In this document: piece by piece, positions 1-9,010 of the stretch
How positions within the stretch are numbered: position 1 is the first letter of the stretch
Layout of the letters: the number at the start of each line of letters is the position of its first letter
Assembly: GCA_028292045.1 (NCBI GenBank)
Contig: JAQGMZ010000145.1
Location: forward strand, 1 to 50,400
DNA length: 50,400 nucleotides
Direction: 5' to 3'
Source of the DNA: Polaromonas sp.
GTDB taxonomy: Bacteria > Pseudomonadota > Gammaproteobacteria > Burkholderiales > Burkholderiaceae_C
The notes under the pieces: generated by a model
What the model saw: only the letters and a program-made list of their open reading frames with translations
Databases searched by the model: none
What the model was told of the DNA's origin: nothing
Position numbers and translations under genes: made by a program

Positions 1-677
1 GCCAGGCAAAGCTGCGCTCGACGACCCAGCGCTTTGGCAGCAGCACAAAGCCCTTCTTGGCTTCGGGCAACTTGACCACCTGCAACTCGACGCCGTTTTG
101 CGCCGCATCGCTTTTGGCCTGCTCGCCCGTATAACCTTGGTCCGCCCAAGCGAGCTTGACGGTGCGTCCAGTCGCTTTTTGAACCTGCTCGCACAGCGCA
201 TCAACCTGGGCGCGCTCTTGCTCGCTGGCGGGCGTGACGGTCAGCGCTATCAAATGCCCCAGCGTATCGACAGCCGCATGCACCTTCGAGCCGTTACGCC
301 GCTTGTAGCCGTCATACCCGGCACGCGGCCCGCTTTCGCAGCTGCTTTGTAGCGTTCGGCCGTCCAGGATGACAGCGCTGGGCTGGCCCTGGCGGCCTTG
401 GGCCGTGCGAATGATGGAGCGCATGTCGCTGACCATCGCCTCAAAGCAGCCCGCTTCAAGCACGACGAAACTGCTGGTACACCACTGGCCAAGGCGGCAA
501 ATCATTGGGCAGCATGCGCCATGCGGCACCTGCCCGAGCGAGCCATCGAAGGGCATTGAACACTTCGCGCAGGCTGTGGCGTCGCTGGGGCGCCTGCTCG
601 TCAATCAAGGCAAGATAGGGCGCCACGAAGTCCCATTCTTCGCCGCTCACATCGCTGGGGTAAGGCTTTCTGCTCAT
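1..677 (-). pseudogene. IS5-family transposase, frameshifted near 460
   Basis: The N-terminus RKPYPSDVSGEEW...[20 protein letters not shown] stops at 456. Another frame continues [18 protein letters not shown]...[10 protein letters not shown]...[21 protein letters not shown]...WADQGY...[13 protein letters not shown] to the window edge (DDE domain). Confidence 0.9.
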
Positions 678-732
678 TCCCAGGAATTAGGGGCAGCTCA
701 GGAAAAATCAGCCCTGAGTTCATAACACCTTC
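1..732 (-). mobile_element. IS5-family (IS1031-like group) insertion sequence, continuing beyond window position 1
   Basis: Carries the transposase below. The minus strand reads CTA|GAAGGTGTTATGAAC at 735-718, resembling an IS5-type terminal IR next to a TAG/CTA target. The other end is outside the window. Confidence 0.8.
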
Positions 733-764
733 TAGCCCCGGTTGTGGGTCTTTCGCCCACAGGC

Positions 765-1661
765 CTAGATCGGGTCCCAGGTGGTCAGCGTCGGCGCAGG
801 CGCATTTTCGTAGAACGAACTGCGCATGGCCGGAATGGCATGCTCGGCAATGCTTTCGGGCGTCCATCCTTCGCTGCGATGCACGGAACGAATCACGCGC
901 GGCTGTGAAAACAGATAAATCTCGTTGGCCCGCACGCCAAACACCTGACCCGAAACATTGGCGCCCGCGTCGCTGCCCAGGTACACCGCCAACGGGGCAA
1001 TTTTGTGTGGCTCCATGGTCTTGAGTTTTTCCATTCTGGCCCGGGCATCGGGCGTGTCGGTGGGCACCGAGGCGGTCATGGCCGTCCACGCCCACGGGGC
1101 GATGCAATTGGAGCGGACCTGGTAGCGCGCCATGTCCAGCGCAATCCCTTTTGACAGGGCGACGATGCCCATTTTGGCGGCCGCGTAGTTGGACTGGCCT
1201 GGGTTGCCAATCAGCCCGCTGGTCGATGTCATGTGGATGTAGCTGCCGCCGTTCTGCGTTTTAAAGTGCGGCGCGGCGGCGCGCGATACATTGAACGTGC
1301 CGTTCAGATGCACATCGAGCACCGCCTTCCACTCTTCCAGGCTCATGTTGAAGAAAAAACGGTCGCGCACGATGCCCGCGTTGTTGACGACGCAGTCGAT
1401 GCGCCCGAAATGGTCCAGGGCGCTTTGCACGATGTGCGCTGCGCTGGGCTGCTCGGCCACGCTGTCCAGGCTGGCCACCGCACGTCCACCGGCTGCGCAA
1501 ATTTCAGCCGCCACGGCTTCGGCAAGCGGCGCCTGGCCTTCAGCGCCCCGGGCCAGATCGTTCACCACCACGGCAGCCCCTGCCTTTGCAAACGCAAGCG
1601 CAAACTCGCGGCCAATGCCGCTGCCAGCGCCGGTCACCACCACCACTTTTCCGTCCATCAT
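765..1661 (-). CDS. Short-chain dehydrogenase/reductase (hydroxyacyl-CoA dehydrogenase-like)
   Basis: TGAGSGIG Rossmann motif, NNAG, YAAAK catalytic motif; AGGAG RBS. Confidence 0.92.
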   Translation of the reverse strand: MMDGKVVVVTGAGSGIGREFALAFAKAGAAVVVNDLARGAEGQAPLAEAVAAEICAAGGRAVASLDSVAEQPSAAHIVQSALDHFGRIDCVVNNAGIVRDRFFFNMSLEEWKAVLDVHLNGTFNVSRAAAPHFKTQNGGSYIHMTSTSGLIGNPGQSNYAAAKMGIVALSKGIALDMARYQVRSNCIAPWAWTAMTASVPTDTPDARARMEKLKTMEPHKIAPLAVYLGSDAGANVSGQVFGVRANEIYLFSQPRVIRSVHRSEGWTPESIAEHAIPAMRSSFYENAPAPTLTTWDPI

Positions 1662-1707
1662 TCCTGTCTCCTGTGTATTGCCTGAAATTGATTGAAATGC
1701 TTTGGCA

Positions 1708-1736
1708 AGGCTAGCACATAACTGATATGCTGTCAG
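1708..1736 (-). promoter_or_regulatory. Putative sigma70 promoter for the SDR, overlapped by operator 1
   Basis: The minus strand reads CTGACA-N17-TAGCCT with an extended -10 TG. Confidence 0.45.
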
Positions 1737-1740
1737 TTAT
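1718..1740. promoter_or_regulatory. Palindromic operator copy 1
   Basis: ATAACTGA-tatgctg-TCAGTTAT, perfect 8-bp arms, in the divergent SDR/thiolase gap. Confidence 0.85.
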
Positions 1741-1764
1741 TTGAAATCTTCAGGAGATGACTGC

Positions 1765-2928
1765 ATGGCTTCTGCCGTTCCCGGCTCGTTGCGCGGCCGT
1801 GCCGCCATTGTGGGTGCCGCCACCTATGGCATTGGCGAATCGCCAGGCCAGCGCCCCCTGGACCTGGCCGCCCGGGCAGCCCGGCTGGCGTTGGACGATG
1901 CGGGCCTGGCGTTGCTTGACGTCGATGCCCTGTTCGTCTGCACGCCTGACGATGCGCTGTCAGGCCTGAGCGCTGCAGAATACCTGGGCATTCACCCCAA
2001 GTTCACCGAGAACAACCGCACCGGCGGCTCGGCTTTTCACTCGCACCTGATCGTCGCCTCGTTGATGCTCGACGCCGGTTTGTGCGACACCGCGCTCATC
2101 ATGTATGGCAGCAACCAGCGCACCTCCACCGGCGGCTTGGTGTCGATGCGCTTGCCTTCGCCCTACGAAAAACCTTACAAGCCGCTCACGCCGCTGTCGT
2201 CTTATGCACTGGCTGCCGCACGGCACATGCACCAGTACGGCACCACCCGCGCCGATCTGGCCGAAGTGGCCGTGGCAGCGCGGCGCTGGGCGCAGTTGAA
2301 CCCCGAGGCCTTCATGCGCGAGGAGCTGACGGTGGAAGACTGCCTCAAGGCCCGGCTGGTGTCCGATCCGCTGAGCGTGCGCGACTGTTGCCTGGTCACC
2401 GACGGCGCCGCCGCCGTGGTGCTGACGCGGGCTGACCGCGCGGCGCATCTCAAAAGCAAGCCAGTCTACATCCTTGGCGCTGCCGCTGCCACCTGGTACT
2501 CCGGGGTCGATCAGTCGCAGGACCTCACTGTCACCGCCGCCGCCGAGTCATCGCGACGCGCCTACGAGATGGCAGGCGTTTGCGCGGCCGACATCGATGT
2601 CGTCCAGGTCTACGACGCTTTTTCGATCAACACCCTGTTGTTTCTGGAAGACCTGGGTTTTTGCGCCAAAGGCGAGGGCGGCGCCTTTGTTCAAGGGGGG
2701 CGCATCGCCCCTGGTGGCGACCTGCCGGTCAATACCAACGGTGGCGGGCTGTCTTGCTGCCATCCCGGCATGTACGGCCTGTTCACGATGGTCGAATCGT
2801 GTGTGCAGCTGCGCGGGCAGGGCGGGGCGCGGCAGGTAGCCGGCGCCGAGATGGCGCTGGCGCATGCCAACGGCGGAACCCTGTCCAGCCAAGCTACTTT
2901 GATCCTGGGAACTTCAGCCACTTTATAA
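1765..2928 (+). CDS. Thiolase-fold protein (SCP2/Ltp-type)
   Basis: VRDCCLVTDG, VYDAF and NTNGGGLS motifs. ATG 1765 follows AGGAG (the track's TTG at 1741 is less likely). Confidence 0.9.
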   Translation: MASAVPGSLRGRAAIVGAATYGIGESPGQRPLDLAARAARLALDDAGLALLDVDALFVCTPDDALSGLSAAEYLGIHPKFTENNRTGGSAFHSHLIVASLMLDAGLCDTALIMYGSNQRTSTGGLVSMRLPSPYEKPYKPLTPLSSYALAAARHMHQYGTTRADLAEVAVAARRWAQLNPEAFMREELTVEDCLKARLVSDPLSVRDCCLVTDGAAAVVLTRADRAAHLKSKPVYILGAAAATWYSGVDQSQDLTVTAAAESSRRAYEMAGVCAADIDVVQVYDAFSINTLLFLEDLGFCAKGEGGAFVQGGRIAPGGDLPVNTNGGGLSCCHPGMYGLFTMVESCVQLRGQGGARQVAGAEMALAHANGGTLSSQATLILGTSATL

Positions 2929-2950
2929 CGCCGGGTACGAAGTGGCGCTC

Positions 2951-2979
2951 TTGTCAGCGCGGCGACAAACGGCTATAGT
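2951..2979 (+). promoter_or_regulatory. Putative sigma70 promoter
   Basis: TTGTCA-N17-TATAGT directly upstream of operator 2. Confidence 0.65.
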
Positions 2980-2981
2980 AA

Positions 2982-3004
2982 ATAACTGACACTTTATTAG
3001 TTTT
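2982..3004. promoter_or_regulatory. Palindromic operator copy 2
   Basis: ATAACTGA-cacttta-TTAGTTTT (2 mismatches in the right arm), just downstream of the -10 box. Confidence 0.75.
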
Positions 3005-3034
3005 AGACGAACTGCTATTTTTGGAGACTGACCC

Positions 3035-3829
3035 ATGAATTTCGATGACTACAAGACGCTTAAATTCGAGCGCCGCGGCCGTATCCTGACCATCACGCTG
3101 AACCGCCCCGAAAAGCTCAACAGCCTGGCCGGCGAAGCCCACACCGAACTCTCGCGCGTGTTTTACGACGTGGTGGAAGACGCTGAAAGCGACATCATCG
3201 TGCTGACCGGCGCAGGCCGCGCTTTCAGTGCCGGCGGCGACATCGAGCACATGCAGTGGCTGCGTGACAATCCGCCCGCTTTCTACCAGGCCATTCGTGA
3301 AGCCAAGCGCATCGTCAGCAGCCTGCTGGAATGCGACAAGCCCATCATTGCCAAGATCAACGGCGACGCCATCGGCCTGGGCTCCACGCTGGCCGTCTGC
3401 AGCGACGTGATCTTTGCCGCCGACCATGCGCGTTTTGGCGATCCGCACAATAATGTCGCCCTGACTTCCGGCGATGGCGGCCAGATCATGTGGCCGCTCC
3501 TGATCGGTTACGCCCGTGCCAAGCATTATTTGCTGACCGGCGAAAAACTCAGCGCCACGGAGGCGGCCGAGATCGGGCTGATCAACAAGGCCATGCCCGC
3601 CGCCGAACTCGATGCCTACGTGGACGCCTATGCGGACAAGCTGGCCAAGATGCCGGTGCAGTCGCTGCGCTGGAGCAAATCGACCATCAACACGCCGCTG
3701 CGCCAGGCGGCCGCCAGCATGATGGACATGGGGATGGCCTATGAAAACCTGGCTGCCGTGACCCAGGACCACCAGGAAGCCATCAACGCCTTCCGCGAAA
3801 AGCGCAAACCCGAATTCAAGGGCTGCTAA
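3035..3829 (+). CDS. Enoyl-CoA hydratase/isomerase (crotonase) family protein
   Basis: LNRPEKLN, FSAGGD, AKINGDAIGLG motifs; GGAG RBS. Confidence 0.93.
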   Translation: MNFDDYKTLKFERRGRILTITLNRPEKLNSLAGEAHTELSRVFYDVVEDAESDIIVLTGAGRAFSAGGDIEHMQWLRDNPPAFYQAIREAKRIVSSLLECDKPIIAKINGDAIGLGSTLAVCSDVIFAADHARFGDPHNNVALTSGDGGQIMWPLLIGYARAKHYLLTGEKLSATEAAEIGLINKAMPAAELDAYVDAYADKLAKMPVQSLRWSKSTINTPLRQAAASMMDMGMAYENLAAVTQDHQEAINAFREKRKPEFKGC

Positions 3830-3840
3830 GGCGGGCCGGC

Positions 3841-4707
3841 ATGACGGCTCCCAACCTCTCGACGCCGGCGTGGGCCGCCTGGGCGCTGGCGCAGCCGGGG
3901 CAGCCGCTGCGGGTGCAGGTGGACGGCACCTCGCTGCACGCGCTGTGCTGGTCACTGGCCGACACCCACAAGCCGCCGCTGGTGTTCGTCCACGGCCACC
4001 GGGCGCATGCCCACTGGTGGGACTACATCGCGCCGTATTTTGCGCACACCCACCGCGTGTTCGCGATGGACCTGTCAGGCATGGGCGACAGCGGCCACCG
4101 CATCCACTACGCCAAGAAAGTTGGCGCGCACGACATCATCGGCCTGGTGCAGGCGCTGGAACTGGGGCCGGTGACGATGATCGGCCACAGCAACGGCGGC
4201 CTGCGCACGCTGGATGCCTGCGGCCTGGCGCCGGCGCTGTTCAAGCGCGCCATCGTGATCGACAGCTATGCGGTGTTCGAAGGCGGGGACCACCCCCGGC
4301 AACCGCCCGGGCTGCGCGGCGACCGGCTTTACCCGGACCGGGCGTCCGCCGTCGGGCGCTACCGCCTGCTGCCGGAACAACCGCATGTTGAACCCTGGGC
4401 ACTGGCGCACATCGCTCACCATTCGGTGCGCGAGGCCGAAGGCGGCTGGCGCTGGAAGTTCGATCCTTCGATGCCGTCCGGCCCGGACGAGGAGGACGAA
4501 GCGGCGGGCATGCTGGCCGCCGTACGCTGCCCGGTGCATTACGTCTATGGCGGCGCCAGCGCCATCGTGGGCCTTGCCTTGGCCCAGCGCATCGTGCGCC
4601 ACCTTCCCCAAGGCCACGGCCCCATCGTCATTCCCGGCGGCCACCACCACCTGATGTTCGATCAGCCGGTGGCCCTGATTTCCACCCTGCAGGCGCTGCT
4701 TGCCTAA
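3841..4707 (+). CDS. Alpha/beta hydrolase
   Basis: HG oxyanion, DLSGMGDS, GHSNGG nucleophile elbow, C-terminal GGHHH. Confidence 0.9.
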   Translation: MTAPNLSTPAWAAWALAQPGQPLRVQVDGTSLHALCWSLADTHKPPLVFVHGHRAHAHWWDYIAPYFAHTHRVFAMDLSGMGDSGHRIHYAKKVGAHDIIGLVQALELGPVTMIGHSNGGLRTLDACGLAPALFKRAIVIDSYAVFEGGDHPRQPPGLRGDRLYPDRASAVGRYRLLPEQPHVEPWALAHIAHHSVREAEGGWRWKFDPSMPSGPDEEDEAAGMLAAVRCPVHYVYGGASAIVGLALAQRIVRHLPQGHGPIVIPGGHHHLMFDQPVALISTLQALLA

Positions 4708-4726
4708 CAGCTATTTCTTTTAAACC

Positions 4727-5503
4727 ATGACCGAACTCGTGCTTGTCGAGACCCTGGGCGACCTGTCCATCGTCACGCTGAACAACCCCAAGACGCGCAA
4801 CGCCCTGTCGCGTGACCTGCTGCTGCTGCTGGCCGAAAAGCTGGAAGCGCTGCGGGCGGACAACGCTTGCCGGGGCATCGTGCTGACCGGCGCCCAAGGC
4901 CACTTTTGCGCGGGCGGCGATGTCTCGGGCATGTCCGCCGAACGCACCCTGCCGGTGGGGCGTGAACGCATGCTGGTGGCGCACCAGGTGGTGCGCCTGA
5001 TCAGCCAGATGGGCAAGCCCGTGGTGGCCGCCGTCGAAGGCTATGCGGCGGGGGCGGGGTTTTCGCTCGCCATGGTGGCCGATTGCGTTGTCGCCTCAAA
5101 GTCGGCAAAGTTTGTATCATCGTTTGCCAAAGTCAGCCTGCTGCCCGACATGGGCCTGATGTGGACACTGCCGCAACGCGTCGGCCTGGCCCAGGCCAAG
5201 CGCCTGATGATGACGGCCCGCGTGGTCGAGGCCGAAGAGGGGCTGCGGCTGGGCATGGTTGACGAGCTGTCAGACATGGGCCAGGCGGTGGATCGCGCCA
5301 AAACCCTGGCTACCGAACTGGCCGCGCATGCGCCCATTGCCATGGCGCTTTTAAAAGCTGCCTACGCCCGGGGCATCAACAAGCTGGACGACGCGCTGGC
5401 TTATGAAATGGACAACCAGGCTGCGCTTTACCTGACGAAAGACCACCGCGAAGCCGTCGCGGCTTTCCTTGAAAAGCGTCTCCCGGTTTTTCGCGGCATT
5501 TAA
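4727..5503 (+). CDS. Enoyl-CoA hydratase/isomerase family protein
   Basis: FCAGGD, AAVEGYAAGAG, LLPDMG motifs. Confidence 0.93.
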   Translation: MTELVLVETLGDLSIVTLNNPKTRNALSRDLLLLLAEKLEALRADNACRGIVLTGAQGHFCAGGDVSGMSAERTLPVGRERMLVAHQVVRLISQMGKPVVAAVEGYAAGAGFSLAMVADCVVASKSAKFVSSFAKVSLLPDMGLMWTLPQRVGLAQAKRLMMTARVVEAEEGLRLGMVDELSDMGQAVDRAKTLATELAAHAPIAMALLKAAYARGINKLDDALAYEMDNQAALYLTKDHREAVAAFLEKRLPVFRGI

Positions 5504-5512
5504 GGACACGGC

Positions 5513-6388
5513 ATGGCTCTTGATCTGGAAAAACTGCTGGCGCTGAAAATCCCCGACACCGCTCAAAGCTACACCTTCAAGGACTCGCTGCTGTATGCCG
5601 TGAGCCTGGGCTACGGCAGCGACCCGCTCCATACCCAAGAGCTGCCCTACGTTTTCGAGGGTGCAGACGGCGGCCAGCGCGTGGCGCCTTCGATGGGTGT
5701 GATCCTGGCCCATCCGGGCTACTGGCCGCGCACGCTCGACACCGGCCTGGACTGGGTGCGCATTGTGCATGCGGAGCAGGGCCTGGCGCTGCACCGTCCA
5801 TTGCCGGCGCAGGCCGAAGTCGTGGGCATTTCGCGGGTGGTCAGTGCCATCGACAAGGGCAAAGACAAGGGCGCGCTGATCACCTATGAGCGGAAAATCT
5901 TGGAGCGCGCCAGCGGCGAGCCTTTGTGCACCATCACCCAGGTGATGATGGCGCGGGGCGATGGCGGCTTTGGCGGCCCGGCGGCATCTGCGCCCCTGTC
6001 GCCCGGCATACCGGACCGCGCCCCTGACCGCGTTTGCGAATTGAGCACTGCACCGCAGATGGCCTTGCTGTACCGGCTCAATGCCGACTGGAACCCCCTG
6101 CACGCCGACCCGGCAGTGGCGCGCAAAGCCGGTTTCGAGCGCCCGATTCTGCATGGGCTGGCGAGCTGGGGCGTGGCGGTGCGCGCCGTGCTGAGCAGCG
6201 CTTTGGAGTACGACGCAGACCGCATGGCCTCTATTTTCGGGCGCTTCAGCGCCCCCGTGTATCCGGGCGAAACCTTGCGCACCGACCTCTGGCTGGAGCC
6301 GGACGCAGTGGCTTTTCGCGTCTGGGCCGTCGAGCGCAATGTCATGGTGATCAACAACGGCCGCGTTGGACTGCGCAACCGCATTTGA
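5513..6388 (+). CDS. MaoC-type (R)-specific enoyl-CoA hydratase, double hot-dog fold
   Basis: Hydratase-2 motif YRLNADWNPLHADP...PILHGL; N-terminal VHAEQ half. Confidence 0.92.
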   Translation: MALDLEKLLALKIPDTAQSYTFKDSLLYAVSLGYGSDPLHTQELPYVFEGADGGQRVAPSMGVILAHPGYWPRTLDTGLDWVRIVHAEQGLALHRPLPAQAEVVGISRVVSAIDKGKDKGALITYERKILERASGEPLCTITQVMMARGDGGFGGPAASAPLSPGIPDRAPDRVCELSTAPQMALLYRLNADWNPLHADPAVARKAGFERPILHGLASWGVAVRAVLSSALEYDADRMASIFGRFSAPVYPGETLRTDLWLEPDAVAFRVWAVERNVMVINNGRVGLRNRI

Positions 6389-6425
6389 AGGGCACCAGTT
6401 GCTTGTTGAAACCCGTACAACCCTC

Positions 6426-7982
6426 ATGACGCCCTTGCTGCTGAAGTCGCCTACCGTCTGGGGCCTCCTGGCGCGCCGCGCTGAAGAAAGCCCGGACGCG
6501 GCACTGGTCGTAGATGGCTTCAGTGGCGTGCGTTTGAATTGCGCCCAGGTGCTGCAGGCGGCGGAGCGGCTGGCCGCTGCATTGCTGGCGCAGGGCGTGC
6601 AGCCCGGCAGCGTGCTGACATGGCAATTGCCCACGGGTCTGGGCGCTTTTGTGCTGCAGCTGGCGCTGGCGCGGCTGTGCGTCGTGCAGAACCCGATGAT
6701 TTCGCTGTACGGCCCGGCCGAGGTGGAAGCGGTGCTGCGGCGCAACCGGTCCCAGTTCTACCTGGTGCCCCAGGACGGCGCCCAGGGACTCGAAGGCCGT
6801 GCTCAGGCCCTGCTGGCGCGCCTTTCTTCTAATGGTCCGCAGCTTATCGTGCTGCCCGACGAACTGCCCCAAGGCGATCCGGCCACCTTGCCGGCGCCGC
6901 CCGGGGATGGCAACCCGGTGCGCTGGATTTACCTGACCTCGGGTACCACGGCCGAACTCAAGGGCGCGCGCCACACCGACGAGTCCCTGCTGCGCGCCGG
7001 GCTGAACCTGGCGCAGGCGGTGCAGGCCGGGCCGGGGGACGTGGGCACCATCGCCTTCCCGATTGCCCATGTGGGCGGCATGATGAACACTATCTTGCTG
7101 CTGGCCAGCGGGGCCAGCGCGGTGCTGCTCCCGCGTTACCAGCCCGCCGAGGCGGTGGCCATTTTTGCGCGCCACGGCGTGACCGTGACGGGTGGCAGCA
7201 CGGCGCACTACCAGGCCTTGCTGGCCGAGCAGCGCCGCGACCCAAAGCAAATCCTGTTGCCCACCTTGCGCCTGCTGTCCGGCGGCGGTGCGCCCAAGCC
7301 GCCCGACCTGGTGGCCCAGGTGCATGACGAGCTGGGCTGCGTGCTGGCCCATGCCTACGGAATGACAGAAGCCCCGTTGATGGCCTCGTGCCGCGCCACC
7401 CATAGCCAGGAGCAGCTGGCCCACAGCGATGGCGCGGTGGTCGATGGCATGGAACTGCGCATCGTCAATAGCCAGGGCACCGAGGCCGCCAACGGCGAGG
7501 ACGGCGAAATCCGCGTGCGCGGACCGGGCGTGTTCAAGGGCTACACCGACGAATCCCTCAACGCGGCGGCGTTCGATGACGAAGGCTGGTTCCGCACCGG
7601 CGACCTGGGCCGCCTGCGCCCGGACGGGCATGTCGCCGTGACCGGGCGGCTCAAGGACGTGATCATCCGCAAGGGCGAGAACATTTCAGCGCGGGAGATC
7701 GAGGATTTGTTGTCAGGCCATCCGCGGGTGGGGGCCGTGGCGGTCATCGGTTTGCCTGACACCGAACGCGGCGAACGGGTCTGCGCCGTGGTTGAGCCCC
7801 GAGTGGCAGGCGAACACCTGGATTTCGCCGGCATGGTGGCCTGGTTCGAGAAAGCCGGCGTGATGCGGCAGAAAATTCCCGAACAACTCGAACTGATGGA
7901 CAGGCTGCCGCGCATGGCCTCGCTCAACAAGATTTCCAAGGCTGAACTTCGGCTGCGCTTTCAGGGCCCGCCGCCGCATTAA
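6426..7982 (+). CDS. Acyl-CoA synthetase (AMP-binding; cyclohexanecarboxylate-CoA ligase-like)
   Basis: YLTSGTT, YGMTE, GWFRTGDLG, GRLKDVIIRKGENIS. The start is uncertain (6399 TTG or 6426 ATG). Confidence 0.9.
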   Translation: MTPLLLKSPTVWGLLARRAEESPDAALVVDGFSGVRLNCAQVLQAAERLAAALLAQGVQPGSVLTWQLPTGLGAFVLQLALARLCVVQNPMISLYGPAEVEAVLRRNRSQFYLVPQDGAQGLEGRAQALLARLSSNGPQLIVLPDELPQGDPATLPAPPGDGNPVRWIYLTSGTTAELKGARHTDESLLRAGLNLAQAVQAGPGDVGTIAFPIAHVGGMMNTILLLASGASAVLLPRYQPAEAVAIFARHGVTVTGGSTAHYQALLAEQRRDPKQILLPTLRLLSGGGAPKPPDLVAQVHDELGCVLAHAYGMTEAPLMASCRATHSQEQLAHSDGAVVDGMELRIVNSQGTEAANGEDGEIRVRGPGVFKGYTDESLNAAAFDDEGWFRTGDLGRLRPDGHVAVTGRLKDVIIRKGENISAREIEDLLSGHPRVGAVAVIGLPDTERGERVCAVVEPRVAGEHLDFAGMVAWFEKAGVMRQKIPEQLELMDRLPRMASLNKISKAELRLRFQGPPPH

Positions 7983-8005
7983 AGCCGTGCCCGGCCGCTT
8001 GGCTT

Positions 8006-8887
8006 TCAAACGTCGGTTCGCACCGTGCAGAGCATTTCCTGGCTGGCGCACGCCACCAGCCGGCCGGCCTGGTTGTACACCCGGCCCCAGACCAGCCCTC
8101 GCCCATCGGCCGCGCACGGGCTGACGGCATCGAACAGCAGCCACTCATCCGCCCGGCAGGGCGCATACGACCACAGCGAATGGTTCAGGCTGGCGACGTA
8201 GATGCGCTCGCGGGCGCCCTTCAGGCCAATGTGGGACGCGACGGCCGCGTAGTTGAACCAGAAATCCGAGATGTAAGCCAGCGCCGCCGCCTGCACGGCC
8301 GGGTCGTCGGGCAGCGGGTCGCGCGTCTTGACCCAATAGCGCAGCGTGGCCTCCCCGGCGGGCTGCAGCAGGAAGCGGCTGGCTTCTATCAGGCGAACGT
8401 CCAGAAAAGGACGGAACTGCAGGTCGTAGCGCTCCCCGGTGCTGTCGACGATGCGGGCCTCCAGTTCGGGAATGGTCGGCACGGCCTGCGGCGGCGGCAG
8501 GCCTGCCGGCATGGGGTCGGCATGCTCAAAGCCCTGGCCCGGCACCTGCAGCGTCACCTGTGCATCGGCAATGATGCGGCTGCCCTGGGTGGCGCGCAGG
8601 TGGCGGGTAGTGAAGCGGCTGCCTTCCTGCAGCGTGGTGGCCTGCCAGCGAATCGGCAGGTTGCCCAAGGCACCCTGAAGAAACCCCAGGCGCAGCGAAC
8701 TCAAGTGCCGCCCGGTCGTCCCCGCCACGGCGGCGCTCACCGCATGCGCCAGCAGCTGGCCGCCAAAGACGCGGCCGTTCTGGTTGCCGTCGAGCCGGTC
8801 GGACACCCAGGCTTGGTCGCCATCAGGCAGCAGGCGAAGCAAGGCCAGCAGATCGTTGCCCTGATTAAAGCCGGTGGATTCGTTCAT
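8006..8887 (-). CDS. Acyl-CoA thioesterase II (TesB family)
   Basis: RVFGGQLLA, ALAYISD, ASLNHSLW, ASQE motifs. Confidence 0.9.
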   Translation of the reverse strand: MNESTGFNQGNDLLALLRLLPDGDQAWVSDRLDGNQNGRVFGGQLLAHAVSAAVAGTTGRHLSSLRLGFLQGALGNLPIRWQATTLQEGSRFTTRHLRATQGSRIIADAQVTLQVPGQGFEHADPMPAGLPPPQAVPTIPELEARIVDSTGERYDLQFRPFLDVRLIEASRFLLQPAGEATLRYWVKTRDPLPDDPAVQAAALAYISDFWFNYAAVASHIGLKGARERIYVASLNHSLWSYAPCRADEWLLFDAVSPCAADGRGLVWGRVYNQAGRLVACASQEMLCTVRTDV

Positions 8888-8944
8888 TTGAGAAATTCCT
8901 CATCGTTTACCCTTGGTTTTCCGGGGTGGGCTGCGGCTACCGGC

Positions 8945-8973
8945 TTGACGACCGGGGAACTTTCGATCATAGT
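8945..8973 (+). promoter_or_regulatory. Putative sigma70 promoter of the amidohydrolase operon
   Basis: TTGACG-N17-CATAGT directly upstream of operator 3. Confidence 0.65.
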
Positions 8974-8976
8974 TGG

Positions 8977-8999
8977 ATAACTGACACATTAACAGTTAT
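8977..8999. promoter_or_regulatory. Palindromic operator copy 3
   Basis: ATAACTGA-cacatta-ACAGTTAT (1 mismatch) in the divergent tesB/amidohydrolase gap. Confidence 0.85.
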
Positions 9000-9010
9000 T
9001 AACCATTGCA

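Noticed and set aside
450-470. Programmed ribosomal frameshift in the IS5 transposase
   Set aside because: There is no slippery run, and the conserved Trp codon is missing, which fits a 2-nt deletion or sequencing error.
7981-8006. AAAGCC...GGCTTT hairpin as a bidirectional terminator
   Set aside because: The stem is short, the loop is long and the U-tracts are weak, so it is not supportable.
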